Position numbers and translations under genes: made by a program
NCBI GenBank assembly: GCA_002633005.1
Contig: NMRA01000003.1
Span: 905,452-969,451, forward strand
DNA from: Phoronis australis
Taxonomy: Eukaryota; Animalia; Phoronida
Reading direction: 5' to 3'
Length of the DNA stretch: 64,000 bases
In this document: one piece after another, positions 42,801 to 51,472 of the stretch
Layout of the letters: every line of letters begins with the position of its first letter
How positions within the stretch are numbered: position 1 is the first letter of the stretch
The notes under the pieces: generated by a model
Told to the model about the DNA's origin: nothing
What the model saw: the letters and a program-made list of their open reading frames with translations, nothing else
The model's database searches: none

Positions 42801-44039
42801 TCTGTACACATTGTAAAAGTCATTCCCCCCAGTGGAAAATTTTCTCAAGTTAAAGAGAATTTTTTCTGTGTCAACTAAGTGCTTCTGGAGAACTGAAGAT
42901 AGACGTTTAGTTCAAACTATTTGAAGACTTATCACACCAACTTCATACATCAATCTCACACAAAAATATTGACTTTTGTTTAGTGATCTCTATGATGGTA
43001 ATTTATTCAAAAACATATTACAAAAAGTTTGATAAATTGGTCCTCTACATGAAGAGTACCTTTATCTAGACTGTCCTGAGTCTAACACTTGAAGCAGGTG
43101 CTCCCACTCCGAAATCCAATTTCAAAAGTTTTGTCACGTTTTAGGTCAAGGACCACTGTTCCTGAACGATCCAGTATCCAATGTGTTTGACCTAAACATG
43201 ATTTTAAGTAGTTTTAATCTTAAAAAGAAAGAGTTATAATTAACACATACCGTGACTCTGAATACAATTTAGTCTACATAACTTGAACATATCCATGAAA
43301 ATCTGTCGGCGGTTCGCTTGAGTTTCTCTCACCAGGTGCCATTTTGAGGAAGTTACGAGAAATCACGCCTGCTAACGAACAAAAAGTCCAAGGGACACAA
43401 AACTCACAAATTCCACCTGATATCTTCCCATGCTATTTTGCAACTGTCACACGCTAGGTCACACGCTTCGCTCAGTCTTGCGCTAGCCTTAGCCTAACTC
43501 AAGACTCACTTGAAATATTTTTTGGTTATCTCATGGGCGGTGAAAAAGTTAACAGTGACCAAAAAGTGGAGCAGGAATTCTTCTCCAAAGTCACCTTAAT
43601 TCTAATAGATATGATTCATCGAAGATATGTGTAGAAGTAGAAAGGAACACTGAAGAAAGTAAGCTCATTTTTAAGTGATAGTTTTGAGTGTGGAATTATT
43701 TTTGATGAGGTGAAAACTCCAAATCGGTGGCCGGATTTGGCCTACTGTCCGTTTAAAATACACTGGACGAAATACGTACAGAAAGCGATGGGAATAGCCC
43801 TAACCGGCCAACCGAGGGGCTACGTGTTGCCTAATAGTAATAATACAGTCCAGAACTGGCTGATTACTCGTTTACCAGTTATTTATGTAAAATAATTTTA
43901 CCTTTTCTGGCGTGCAGCTACAGCCAGAATCGAAGGGCCAATCTGTAAAACTAGCCAACCTGTTCACTTCCAGATTAAAGAGAAACGTTAATTTCTCTAA
44001 ATCCTCATTAATTTCACCTGGAACGTCTGTACCATTCAT
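36818..44039 (-). CDS. BIRC5: Survivin (single-BIR inhibitor of apoptosis / chromosomal passenger), 4 exons, 148 aa
   Basis: Exons 44039-43902 ([21 protein letters not shown]), 39690-39581 ([36 protein letters not shown]), 38547-38430 ([12 protein letters not shown]...EFLKLE) and 36898-36818 (C-terminal helix, TGA). BIR Zn ligands C-x2-C...H...C are present, and the 110- and 118-nt middle exons match vertebrate survivin. Confidence 0.95.
36903..37925 (+). mobile_element. Helentron-associated (HINE/pearl-like) non-autonomous element with internal satellite-like repeats, copy 1
   Basis: Starts AACAAGAGCAATGCTGAGC, has recurring AAAACTAAAATTGCCACTAGGGG units, a GGAC/AGAC microsatellite-like tract and a 3' hairpin ATATGCGACCACATA..TATGTGGGCGCATA, and ends ATAAAAA. 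A homologous copy lies at 40497-42248. Confidence 0.6.
39215..39530. mobile_element. Short element related to the 44507-60858 foldback family
   Basis: Begins CAGTAGCGGATCTAGGATA. 39435-39515 resembles 60070-60129 and ends in a G-run/C-run hairpin. Confidence 0.45.
40497..42248 (+). mobile_element. HINE/pearl-like element, copy 2 (more ~420-bp internal units)
   Basis: Same start (ACAAGAGCAATGCTGAGC) and end (ATATGTAAGCGCATAAAAA) as 36903-37925, with repeated ~420-bp units (TGCCACTAGG, CATCCTTAGAGCGGTTTG.TTGATAGAGGGG, GAGGATAGC.TCATCTCA). Confidence 0.65.
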
Positions 44040-45016
44040 CTTTTTAAATATTTGAATAATGGCGGTAGTACTTAGTCTCAAACCTAAAACACAAGCCGAT
44101 CTTATTTTTTTCATATATAGCTTTTTCAGTAACTTTAGATAAAAATGACGAGACAAATACAATTAAAACAAATTAAAGTTTTGCTGTAGATACACTTAAT
44201 GAAATTTGCAGCATTAGTCGTTTGTTGTTCAGATTTAGGGATATGAGTCGCGCTTGCGCAGATCAGCTGTTCTAAACCAAATAAGCCTCTAGACCAAGTT
44301 AACTTCGTCTACTTACACGGTCCGACCTCACAGACCAAGTGACGCCCTCAGGCCGAGTGGCATGTTCGGCACGGTTGATATCTGAGTGTTTGCCATAGTG
44401 TTATATAGCGTAGGTCTACAAAGTGAGGCTTTCCTAAGAGCTTATTTTTATGAGGTTTTATCATGTTAGCTCCCTACTGCATCCACATAACTTCTCACGC
44501 AGTATACAGTGGCGGATCTAGGATATTACAAGGGGGGGCCAACATTTGGTCCGGCTGCAAGCATTTGCGCAAACTGAACCACGATTGTAGATGCGCATAG
44601 CACCGAATGGGGGGAGGGCGGGAGGGGGGCAAACCCCCCTCCCGCTCAGGAAATTTTTCTGTTTTTACCTCTAAAAATCAAGCATTTTCCTTGATTCCTG
44701 AAGTATTATCCAAGAAAAAAAGGAAAAAAAAACAAGGAGAACGTGTGTCAAACAGGAAAAACTGAACGCACCAACGACTCGAAGTCGAACTCACTACTTA
44801 TCTCCTACTAAAAGACCTACTTGTTTATGGTCCACAGCGTTTGCGCGCGAAACCTACTTCTTTTCGCAATGCTATAAGTTTTATATTTTGTGCCGTCAAT
44901 TCTTAACAAATTTGTCGTATTTAAAATAGTCTTCAAATGCCCAAAAGACCAAATCCGTTTTTCGTGTTGGCAATAATGACGGGATTGCTTTGGAAATCGT
45001 CTTAAGATAAGGTTTG

Positions 45017-45287
45017 AGTAGTACAAAAAGGGGGGTTCTGGCGCATTTTCTAAAAAGACACGCACGCACTGCGCCAGGAACACCGCGTCTCTCAAATTGC
45101 GCCAGAAATTCTCAGAAATGGCAGAAAGAAGTGTCTCAAAAAAAATCTCAAATTGCGCCAGAAATGGTAGAAAGAATTCCAACGTCCGAGGCCAAATATG
45201 TAACCCTTCATCGGTTAAATATCACCTCCGCTCGCGTAATCATACATCCATCAGCTCCTTATGAGCGACCCATGAATTGAAGGACTC
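45017..45287 (+). repeat. Polinton left terminal inverted repeat (271 bp)
   Basis: Reverse complement of 59389-59706 apart from one 47-bp unit and about two substitutions. Confidence 0.95.
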
Positions 45288-46163
45288 TGGATATCCCTTC
45301 CACTTGACCAACGACTTTGTCTTTCCTTTCTTTATGATTTTTTCAATCCTGTATATCTCTTGGTTCGTCTTTTGCAACTCTGCTTCATAGAAAGTACCTT
45401 TTATTTCATCCCCATTATAATCAGTTATTTTGTAGGTTACCGGCGTAGTGTTTTGTACAGTCGATACAGTAAATATCTCTTCTGTCCATCTCGGTGTATA
45501 TCCTTTTTCAAACGTCTTCTTCTTTTTAGCGATTCTTACTTTATCACCCGCGGTAAATTTTGCATTGAAAGTTTTTATTCCATAATGACCTGGATATAAA
45601 TTCATCCACACTCTAGTTTCATTTTTCTTTTTACTCGCTTCAACAGGCGTCATATTGATGGAAGAATGCTTAGTGTTGTTGTATTGATTTACCAAATCAT
45701 CGAGAACATTGATATACACTCTAGTGGAATTGGCAGAAAAATATTTCCACATCTTTTCTTTCATCGTCCTATTCCACCTTTCAACCACACTTGATTTTTC
45801 TTCATTTTCAGTAGAGTATAGTTCAATCATTTCTTGTACATCCTTGTTATAAAATTCCTTTCCTTTGTCCACCCACATTTTTGCAGGTTTCCTTTCTTTA
45901 AAAATCTTTTTCAATGCCCTTGCCACTGATTTACCCGTTTTATCTTTTAATGGTACCAACCACCCGTATTTAGAAAATATATCAATAACGGTCAATAGAT
46001 ATCGAGTTCCGCGATTGAATTTTGAGAACGCCCGCATCTCTACTAAATCCGCAGCCCATATTTCGTCAATACCATTAACTCTTACCCTTCGCCGTTGAAA
46101 TTTTTTAACAACAGGCTTATGTAATTCATCTGCGAGTTGGTCAGACCATTTTAGCGCTTTTTT
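45240..46163 (-). CDS. Retroviral-like (rve, DDE) integrase with C-terminal chromodomain; open frame extends upstream of the listed ATG (46037) to 46163
   Basis: WAADLVEM (first Asp, upstream of the ATG), YLLTVIDIFSKY, WVDKGKEF (second Asp), SVVERWNRTMK (Glu), FEKGYTPRWTEEIF, and chromodomain YRIEKII...LVKWKGYPESFNSWV. Confidence 0.95.
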   Translation of the reverse strand, partial: KKALKWSDQLADELHKPVVKKFQRRRVRVNGIDEIWAADLVEMRAFSKFNRGTRYLLTVIDIFSKYGWLVPLKDKTGKSVARALKKIFKERKPAKMWVDKGKEFYNKDVQEMIELYSTENEEKSSVVERWNRTMKEKMWKYFSANSTRVYINVLDDLVNQYNNTKHSSINMTPVEASKKKNETRVWMNLYPGHYGIKTFNAKFTAGDKVRIAKKKKTFEKGYTPRWTEEIFTVSTVQNTTPVTYKITDYNGDEIKGTFYEAELQKTNQEIYRIEKIIKKGKTKSLVKWKGYPESFNSWVAHKELMDV

Positions 46164-46642
46164 TCAATACCCATTCCCATCTTCATCTTGGTCCCAATAA
46201 TCTTACTCACGATCGACTTGTCCAACCTTTCCCTAACCGTCGGATTAACGATGCCATCGAGCTCGGACAACATATTTTTATCGCACACGCTATTTCGAGT
46301 AGCGGTATCTTTATGCTTCATGTAGCAAACGTCGTGGCGAAAGGCGGTTTCATCTACTCTATTGACGGGCTTACTCCAGTCTTGAGGAGTCAAATCAGCC
46401 TTTAACCTCTTTTTCAAATTGGTGCCGGGTCCTGTAAAGTTATGTCCGGGCAAGTGCAGTTCAAAAGGGAGATTATTGATGACGTCGTTCAAACTACCAC
46501 CCTTCGCGGAACCTTTCACAAACTGCGTCTTTGTAGTAAAACACACGATACAAGACCCTCTTTTCATAGGTCTACCATTTTTAGAGACGGAACAATGTTC
46601 TCCGCTCGTCCCCGTAACTTTTTTACACTTTACGCAATACAT
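46151..46642 (-). CDS. Zn-ribbon + parvovirus VP1u-like phospholipase A2 domain protein (PLA2X-like virion protein)
   Basis: N-terminal YCVKCK...GSCIVC (CxxC...CxxC), LPGHNFTGPGT (Ca-binding loop) and PVNRVDETAFRHDVCY (HD catalytic motif). Confidence 0.85.
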   Translation of the reverse strand: MYCVKCKKVTGTSGEHCSVSKNGRPMKRGSCIVCFTTKTQFVKGSAKGGSLNDVINNLPFELHLPGHNFTGPGTNLKKRLKADLTPQDWSKPVNRVDETAFRHDVCYMKHKDTATRNSVCDKNMLSELDGIVNPTVRERLDKSIVSKIIGTKMKMGMGIEKKR

Positions 46643-46684
46643 TTTGCTTTTATATATAAGATTTTTATATATTTATATTAAAAC

Positions 46685-47068
46685 ATGGAACGAGTCCAAA
46701 GAGAAGCACGGAGAATAGCCAAAGACGTGATCATGAGTCACCCACCGTCCAATCGATACAGCGAAACCATGAAAAGAATCGTTGTCCGACTATCCGACGA
46801 AAATTTCGGAGGTCTCGTTGACATAGAGATCCCGGACGAATCCACTCTCGTCAGAATAGCCGATGGTATTTTTGCGGACAGGCGAATAAACTGGGGGAGA
46901 ATCGCGTCCTTGTACGCTTTCGCCTATCATCTCGTGACCAAATACGATCACGATCCGATCCAACTCACCACGTTTGTCGGGAACTATGTTGTCACCAAGC
47001 TCGGTCCATGGATTTTAGATCACGGGGGTTGGGATTCATTTGACGAGTATTTCTCTCGGTGGAAATAA
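46685..47068 (+). CDS. Viral Bcl-2 family protein (127 aa, BH1+BH2, no C-terminal membrane anchor)
   Basis: BH1 IADGIFADRRINWGRIASLYAFA and BH2 LGPWILDHGGWDSFDEYF. Confidence 0.88.
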   Translation: MERVQREARRIAKDVIMSHPPSNRYSETMKRIVVRLSDENFGGLVDIEIPDESTLVRIADGIFADRRINWGRIASLYAFAYHLVTKYDHDPIQLTTFVGNYVVTKLGPWILDHGGWDSFDEYFSRWK

Positions 47069-47097
47069 ATAAGAATTTTATACTACTATTAAAAAAC

Positions 47098-47901
47098 ATG
47101 GAAGTGAAAGACCTCTCGTGGAACGATACGGTCATGAAACGACACAATCATCCTCTTCTACCCAAAAGCATAAGAGGAGTTCTTGTAGGTAAATCGGGAT
47201 GTGGTAAAACCACGTTACTACTCAATTTATTGCTAAGACCGGGTTGGCTCGACTATAACAAGTTGGCAGTGTTTGGCAAGAGTCTTTTCCAGTCGGAATA
47301 CCGTATCCTGAAGAAAGCTTTCGAAGAGAAACTACCGAAAGAAACGATTATGAGGTTGTTTGATTTACGCGATGATATAATGAAAGCGGACGTTTCACCC
47401 TCAGCATTAGTCGAGGAATGGGCCAAGCAACTTAGAGTCAATAACGGGACGCGGGGAAACTCCGACATCGAATGCAACTTTTACGAATCCGCCGAAGACG
47501 TGCCAGATCCCCGCGATTTAAGTTGTCAAAATAAGAATCTAATGATATTCGATGACTTGCTACTAGAGAAACAAAACAAATGCGAATCCTACTACATCCG
47601 CGGCAGACATAGCAACGTAGATTGTTTCTACCTCTCTCAAAACTATTTCAAACTTCCGAGACAAACGATAAGAGAAAATGCCAATTTTATTTGTTTGTTC
47701 CCTCAAGATCTTAAAAACATCAATCACATCTACAACGATCACGTGAGTCAAGACATGACAAAAGACGAGTTTAGGAAATTGTGTAAAACGGCTTGGGAAC
47801 AACCTCACGGTTTTGTTGTCATCGACCAAACGAGCGAAAAGACGAATGGCAAGTATCGCTCCGGATTAGATACATTTTACGTACCCGATGCAATAAATTA
47901 A
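47098..47901 (+). CDS. A32/FtsK-HerA-family DNA packaging ATPase
   Basis: Walker A GKSGCGKT, Walker B LMIFDD, RGRHSN and SQNYFKLPRQTIRENAN. The first ATG is at 47098. Confidence 0.93.
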   Translation: MEVKDLSWNDTVMKRHNHPLLPKSIRGVLVGKSGCGKTTLLLNLLLRPGWLDYNKLAVFGKSLFQSEYRILKKAFEEKLPKETIMRLFDLRDDIMKADVSPSALVEEWAKQLRVNNGTRGNSDIECNFYESAEDVPDPRDLSCQNKNLMIFDDLLLEKQNKCESYYIRGRHSNVDCFYLSQNYFKLPRQTIRENANFICLFPQDLKNINHIYNDHVSQDMTKDEFRKLCKTAWEQPHGFVVIDQTSEKTNGKYRSGLDTFYVPDAIN

Positions 47902-47928
47902 AAAAATCTCACGCGAGATAAAAACGAG

Positions 47929-48702
47929 ATGGAATTGGAATTACTCGAGAAAATTGCTCGAAATACCGAACCCAAACAGTCGGTCATGCTAATGGTGAAC
48001 GACAACAAAACTCAGTTCAAGACGAGGTTCAATCCTCCGATCCAACTTAAAAAGGATAAAAACTACGAGATTGCTCTCGTCAGACTGGAGACGTACTACT
48101 CTTTTCCAAACATTGACGCTACAAACAACAATTTTAGATACTCTCACGACGAGGGTAAAACGTGGACAGACATCTTCCTACCCGAAGGTAGCTACGACAT
48201 TACAGACATCAACGACACCATTCGGCAAAAGATGAAGCAGAAAGGACACTACGACTCTGCCAACGACGAATTTACCATTACGATCTCGGCCAACTCAAAC
48301 ACCCTCAAGTCTATCCTCATGATGATGGATGGTTACCGAGTAGACTTTTCGCGACCAAACTCTATCGCCAGCGTGCTAGGTTTTGATAGAAAAACGTACT
48401 CGAGTTATTTTATCGAGTCTGAAAAGACGGTCAACATTCTTTCCATCAATACGATACTAGTCAACATCGACATCATCTCTGGCAGTTACGTTAATGGCAC
48501 ATCCCAAAACACCATCTACTCGTTCTTCCCCAACGTCTCTCCGGGTTATAAAATAGTCGAAACACCGGTGAATTTGGTCTATCTACCCGTAACGCTAGAC
48601 ACGCTCCACAGTCTAGAAACGACTCTTACGGATCAAAACGGTTCCCCGCTCAATCTGAGAGGTGAGAATTTGTCCATTAGATTTCACATTAGAGAAATTT
48701 GA
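47929..48702 (+). CDS. Minor capsid protein (penton, single jelly-roll)
   Basis: Beta-rich 257 aa with FNPPIQL, YEIAL, NIDATNNNF, LPEGSYDI, NLVYLPV and LTDQNG..LNLRGE, typical of Polinton minor capsid proteins. Confidence 0.8.
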   Translation: MELELLEKIARNTEPKQSVMLMVNDNKTQFKTRFNPPIQLKKDKNYEIALVRLETYYSFPNIDATNNNFRYSHDEGKTWTDIFLPEGSYDITDINDTIRQKMKQKGHYDSANDEFTITISANSNTLKSILMMMDGYRVDFSRPNSIASVLGFDRKTYSSYFIESEKTVNILSINTILVNIDIISGSYVNGTSQNTIYSFFPNVSPGYKIVETPVNLVYLPVTLDTLHSLETTLTDQNGSPLNLRGENLSIRFHIREI

Positions 48703-48818
48703 GATAAAATAAAAGCTCTTTTCATATTTAAAAAAAGTATATTTTGGTATATGAATTTTTCTTTTCTGATGGACGATGATTGGGATGTCGAATTAAATAA
48801 AAAAATATTATATATAAA

Positions 48819-49424
48819 ATGAGTCGTTACGTTAATGTAAAAGTCAATATATCGGAGGGGCAGAAAGCGAAAATACAATCCGCCCTTCAATCCAACGAAC
48901 CCGTAAGCATTCGCATCGGTCACAATGATCTGACGGGTCATGACGTTCTAGCGCTTACAAACTCTCAAGTGAATAAATTGGCGAAAGCCTACCAATCTGG
49001 CAAAGGTGTCACCATCAAAATGAGCAAATCGCAAATTGCGTACAACCTCAAAGTCGAAGGAGGTTTTCTGGGAGCACTCGCTGGTCTAGCCGCTCGATTT
49101 CTTCCAACGATCGCGAAAACGGTATTGCCAGCTCTAGGAGTCGGAGCTCTATCAGGACTCGCGAATGCGGGAATGCAAAAAGCTCTCGGATCAGGACTTT
49201 ATCTCAAGAAAGGAGGATGCGTATGCCAGGTAGAAACGGATGGAAAAGGACTCTATCTTGGTCAGGTATCGGGATCGGGCTTCGAATCCGTTGGTGATGG
49301 CCTGTATCTGAGGAAACAAGGTGGCCTATACGAGATGACGGAGCCGAATCCGACGGGTCGTGGCCTCCTTCTCGGTCCCAACAGTCCTCTTAAGAACATC
49401 CCCATTCTAGGTTGGTTGTTGTAA
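48819..49424 (+). CDS. Putative virion core / membrane-active precursor protein with protease-cleavage-like GG|F and GxG|L sites
   Basis: VEGG|FLGALAGLAARFLPTIAK amphipathic segment, repeated GxGLYL motifs, and C-terminal GLLLGPNSPLKNIPILGWLL. Confidence 0.6.
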   Translation: MSRYVNVKVNISEGQKAKIQSALQSNEPVSIRIGHNDLTGHDVLALTNSQVNKLAKAYQSGKGVTIKMSKSQIAYNLKVEGGFLGALAGLAARFLPTIAKTVLPALGVGALSGLANAGMQKALGSGLYLKKGGCVCQVETDGKGLYLGQVSGSGFESVGDGLYLRKQGGLYEMTEPNPTGRGLLLGPNSPLKNIPILGWLL

Positions 49425-49458
49425 GATATTTAAAAAATAATCCACTCCTTTATAAAAA

Positions 49459-49903
49459 ATGGAAGAAGACGGACAAAAGTTCCGTTTGCGTAAAATTTTC
49501 GAGATCCAACAAACTCTCGAAAACGAAAAGGAAAGACGTCAACTCCTCAGTAGGAAATACAAGAGAGTCATTAGTATTATTGGAAACGTCGACATCGTCT
49601 TGACAGCGACGAGTATGGGCATGGGAGTGGCTGGTGTAGGACTTCTCTCTACCGTCGACTCTTGTCTCGGGTATCCTAAGCCTCGTCGGTCGTCAGGTCA
49701 ACAAGAAACTGATGCGCAAGGTTGAAAAACACGATAAATTGAAAACTTTAGCCGAGGCTAAATTGAACGTCATCAGTGATCAAATCTCTAAAGCTTTGGA
49801 CGATGATAGAGTGTCAGAAGAAGAGTTTTCTCGCCTCCTCCACGTCTTGACTAAATATGAAAAGATGAAAGAAGAGATCCGCTCCAAAACGATGAACCCT
49901 TGA
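49459..49903 (+). pseudogene. Frameshifted coiled-coil/hydrophobic-hairpin membrane protein (adintovirus 'GasderminX'-like)
   Basis: QKFRLRKI...KYKR plus hydrophobic GMGVAGVGLLST continues after a frame change near 49656 as TLVSGILSLVGRQVNKKLMRKVEKHD...KLNVISDQISKALDDDRVSEEEF. Confidence 0.6.
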
Positions 49904-49918
49904 TCGTAACGTAGCGAT

Positions 49919-49980
49919 GCGATCAAAACAGCGATCAAAACAGCGATCAAAACAGCGATCAAAACAGCGATCAAAACAGC
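49919..49980. repeat. 12-bp tandem repeat GCGATCAAAACA x5
   Basis: Perfect copies in a Polinton intergenic spacer. Confidence 0.95.
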
Positions 49981-50014
49981 GTTTCATTATAAAAAAATTT
50001 AATCTTTAGAAAAA

Positions 50015-50890
50015 ATGTCATTTCTAAAGATTACCGATCCCAAGAAAAGAGACTCGATCGTGTCTGAATTCCTCAAGACAAAGAGGAATATTCGAGCTCA
50101 ACAGATGACTGAGCGACTAGGCGAACAAGACTCGCTAGCGTCATTAGCTAAACAATTTAAACCAATCACGGACGCGCAGTCCGAGATGACTTCTGGTATA
50201 ATAAATGAACTCATACCATTACGAGAAAAACAATCGTCTTTACTAAAAGCGATAGAAGGGATTCCATCGTTACCTCCAATCCCTGCTCTAGATTTTGACG
50301 ATACCAAGGATGATTACGCTCCACCCGTCAACATTGGTCGGATTGCACAGGAATACCTCAGCCGATCGATGGGCAAAGAAGCTGATAAGACCTATGGACT
50401 TTATCCAGGAACGGATGATCAGTTGTACATTGGCGACTCTAAATTGAGTTTCAACGACGACAACCTCATCGTCAAGGGCAAGGAATACGAGGGCACACCG
50501 GGACTGTGGGAGTTGATTGTTATGAGTCGACCCGATGAGAACGTGTACACTCGAGAAGACTATGAAAACTACGCGAGGATTATGACAACGACCAACGCGC
50601 TAAAGAGGGAAGGTAAAGATAATACGCCAAAGTCGAGTAAGGCGTGGAAATGGGTAAACGTGCTGTCAGATATATGGAGACATAGGAAACAATTTGAAGG
50701 TAAAGGGGTTGATACAGTCATCATTCCGAGCGATCCTAACGCGTTGCTCGAACGACTCGACTTGCTCATGGCGAGTAAAGCGGCTGGCAATACCGGTGTT
50801 AGGAATGAAATCGTGTCTATAAGCGATGAATTGAAACGACAAGACGTGATTGACGCGTCGACTTATAAAAAATTAATGTCCGTATTATAA
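50015..50890 (+). CDS. Conserved Polinton/adintovirus protein of unknown function (291 aa)
   Basis: YEGTPGLWELI motif and C-terminal IPSDPNALLERLDLLMASKAAGNTG..NEI..I.DEL, which I recognise from animal Polintons. Confidence 0.7.
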   Translation: MSFLKITDPKKRDSIVSEFLKTKRNIRAQQMTERLGEQDSLASLAKQFKPITDAQSEMTSGIINELIPLREKQSSLLKAIEGIPSLPPIPALDFDDTKDDYAPPVNIGRIAQEYLSRSMGKEADKTYGLYPGTDDQLYIGDSKLSFNDDNLIVKGKEYEGTPGLWELIVMSRPDENVYTREDYENYARIMTTTNALKREGKDNTPKSSKAWKWVNVLSDIWRHRKQFEGKGVDTVIIPSDPNALLERLDLLMASKAAGNTGVRNEIVSISDELKRQDVIDASTYKKLMSVL

Positions 50891-50896
50891 AATACA

Positions 50897-51421
50897 ATGT
50901 TTATTCCGAAGAATCGTGGATTTAAAAGACAGTACGTGTACGGAGGGGCAGGCATCTTTGATGGAATAGCCAGGTTTTTCACTCGACTCTTTTCCAGTGA
51001 TGCCGCTAGACAGATTTCCTCCACTGCCCTCGTTGCAGGAAAAAGTGCGGCCAAGGAGGTGGGTAAGAAAGCCTTGGACGTTGGCAAGGTCGCGGCCATC
51101 AATGCCGGTAAGAAACTGATAGAAAAGAGCGTCACCAAAGTCCTCACTCCCGCGTCTCAGTCCATTCTACAAAAGTACGCGGGCATACCCATGCAAGAGT
51201 CTTCACCAGACGCCGTAGCCAAGAAAGCTCAAAAGGTGTTGAGTAAATACATCAACGACGGAGCTCAAAACATCAACTCTCTCATAGACGGAAGCGGACA
51301 CGGTGGAAACGCGGTAAACGCAAAGGCTATCAATGCCAAGGCTATCAATGCCAAGGCTATCGCGATTCAAGACCTCGTTCGAAAACTCAACGCTCGTGGA
51401 TCCGGTCTGAAAACGGCGTGA
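50897..51421 (+). CDS. Basic Ala/Lys-rich putative virion core protein (174 aa)
   Basis: YGGAG|IFDGIARFF cleavage-like site, amphipathic AK-rich helices, NAKAI x3 tandem repeat and terminal GSG|L. Confidence 0.65.
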   Translation: MFIPKNRGFKRQYVYGGAGIFDGIARFFTRLFSSDAARQISSTALVAGKSAAKEVGKKALDVGKVAAINAGKKLIEKSVTKVLTPASQSILQKYAGIPMQESSPDAVAKKAQKVLSKYINDGAQNINSLIDGSGHGGNAVNAKAINAKAINAKAIAIQDLVRKLNARGSGLKTA

Positions 51422-51472
51422 AATAATTTTCGTGAAAATGACATAAAGAATTGGGATTTCGTTTAAAAAACA

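Noticed and set aside
44051-44065. TTTGAA + GGCGG next to the survivin ATG as a CDE/CHR element
   Set aside because: Plausible for a G2/M gene, but the order and orientation are non-canonical and the motifs are too short to support alone.
44817-45280. ORFs in the TIRs, mirrored at 59396-59769
   Set aside because: They arise from TIR sequence and its 47-bp units, cross the element boundary or lack ATG starts, and have no coding signature.
49919-49980. IAVL-repeat ORF (49780-49974, -)
   Set aside because: It is the translation of a 12-bp tandem repeat antisense to the gene array.
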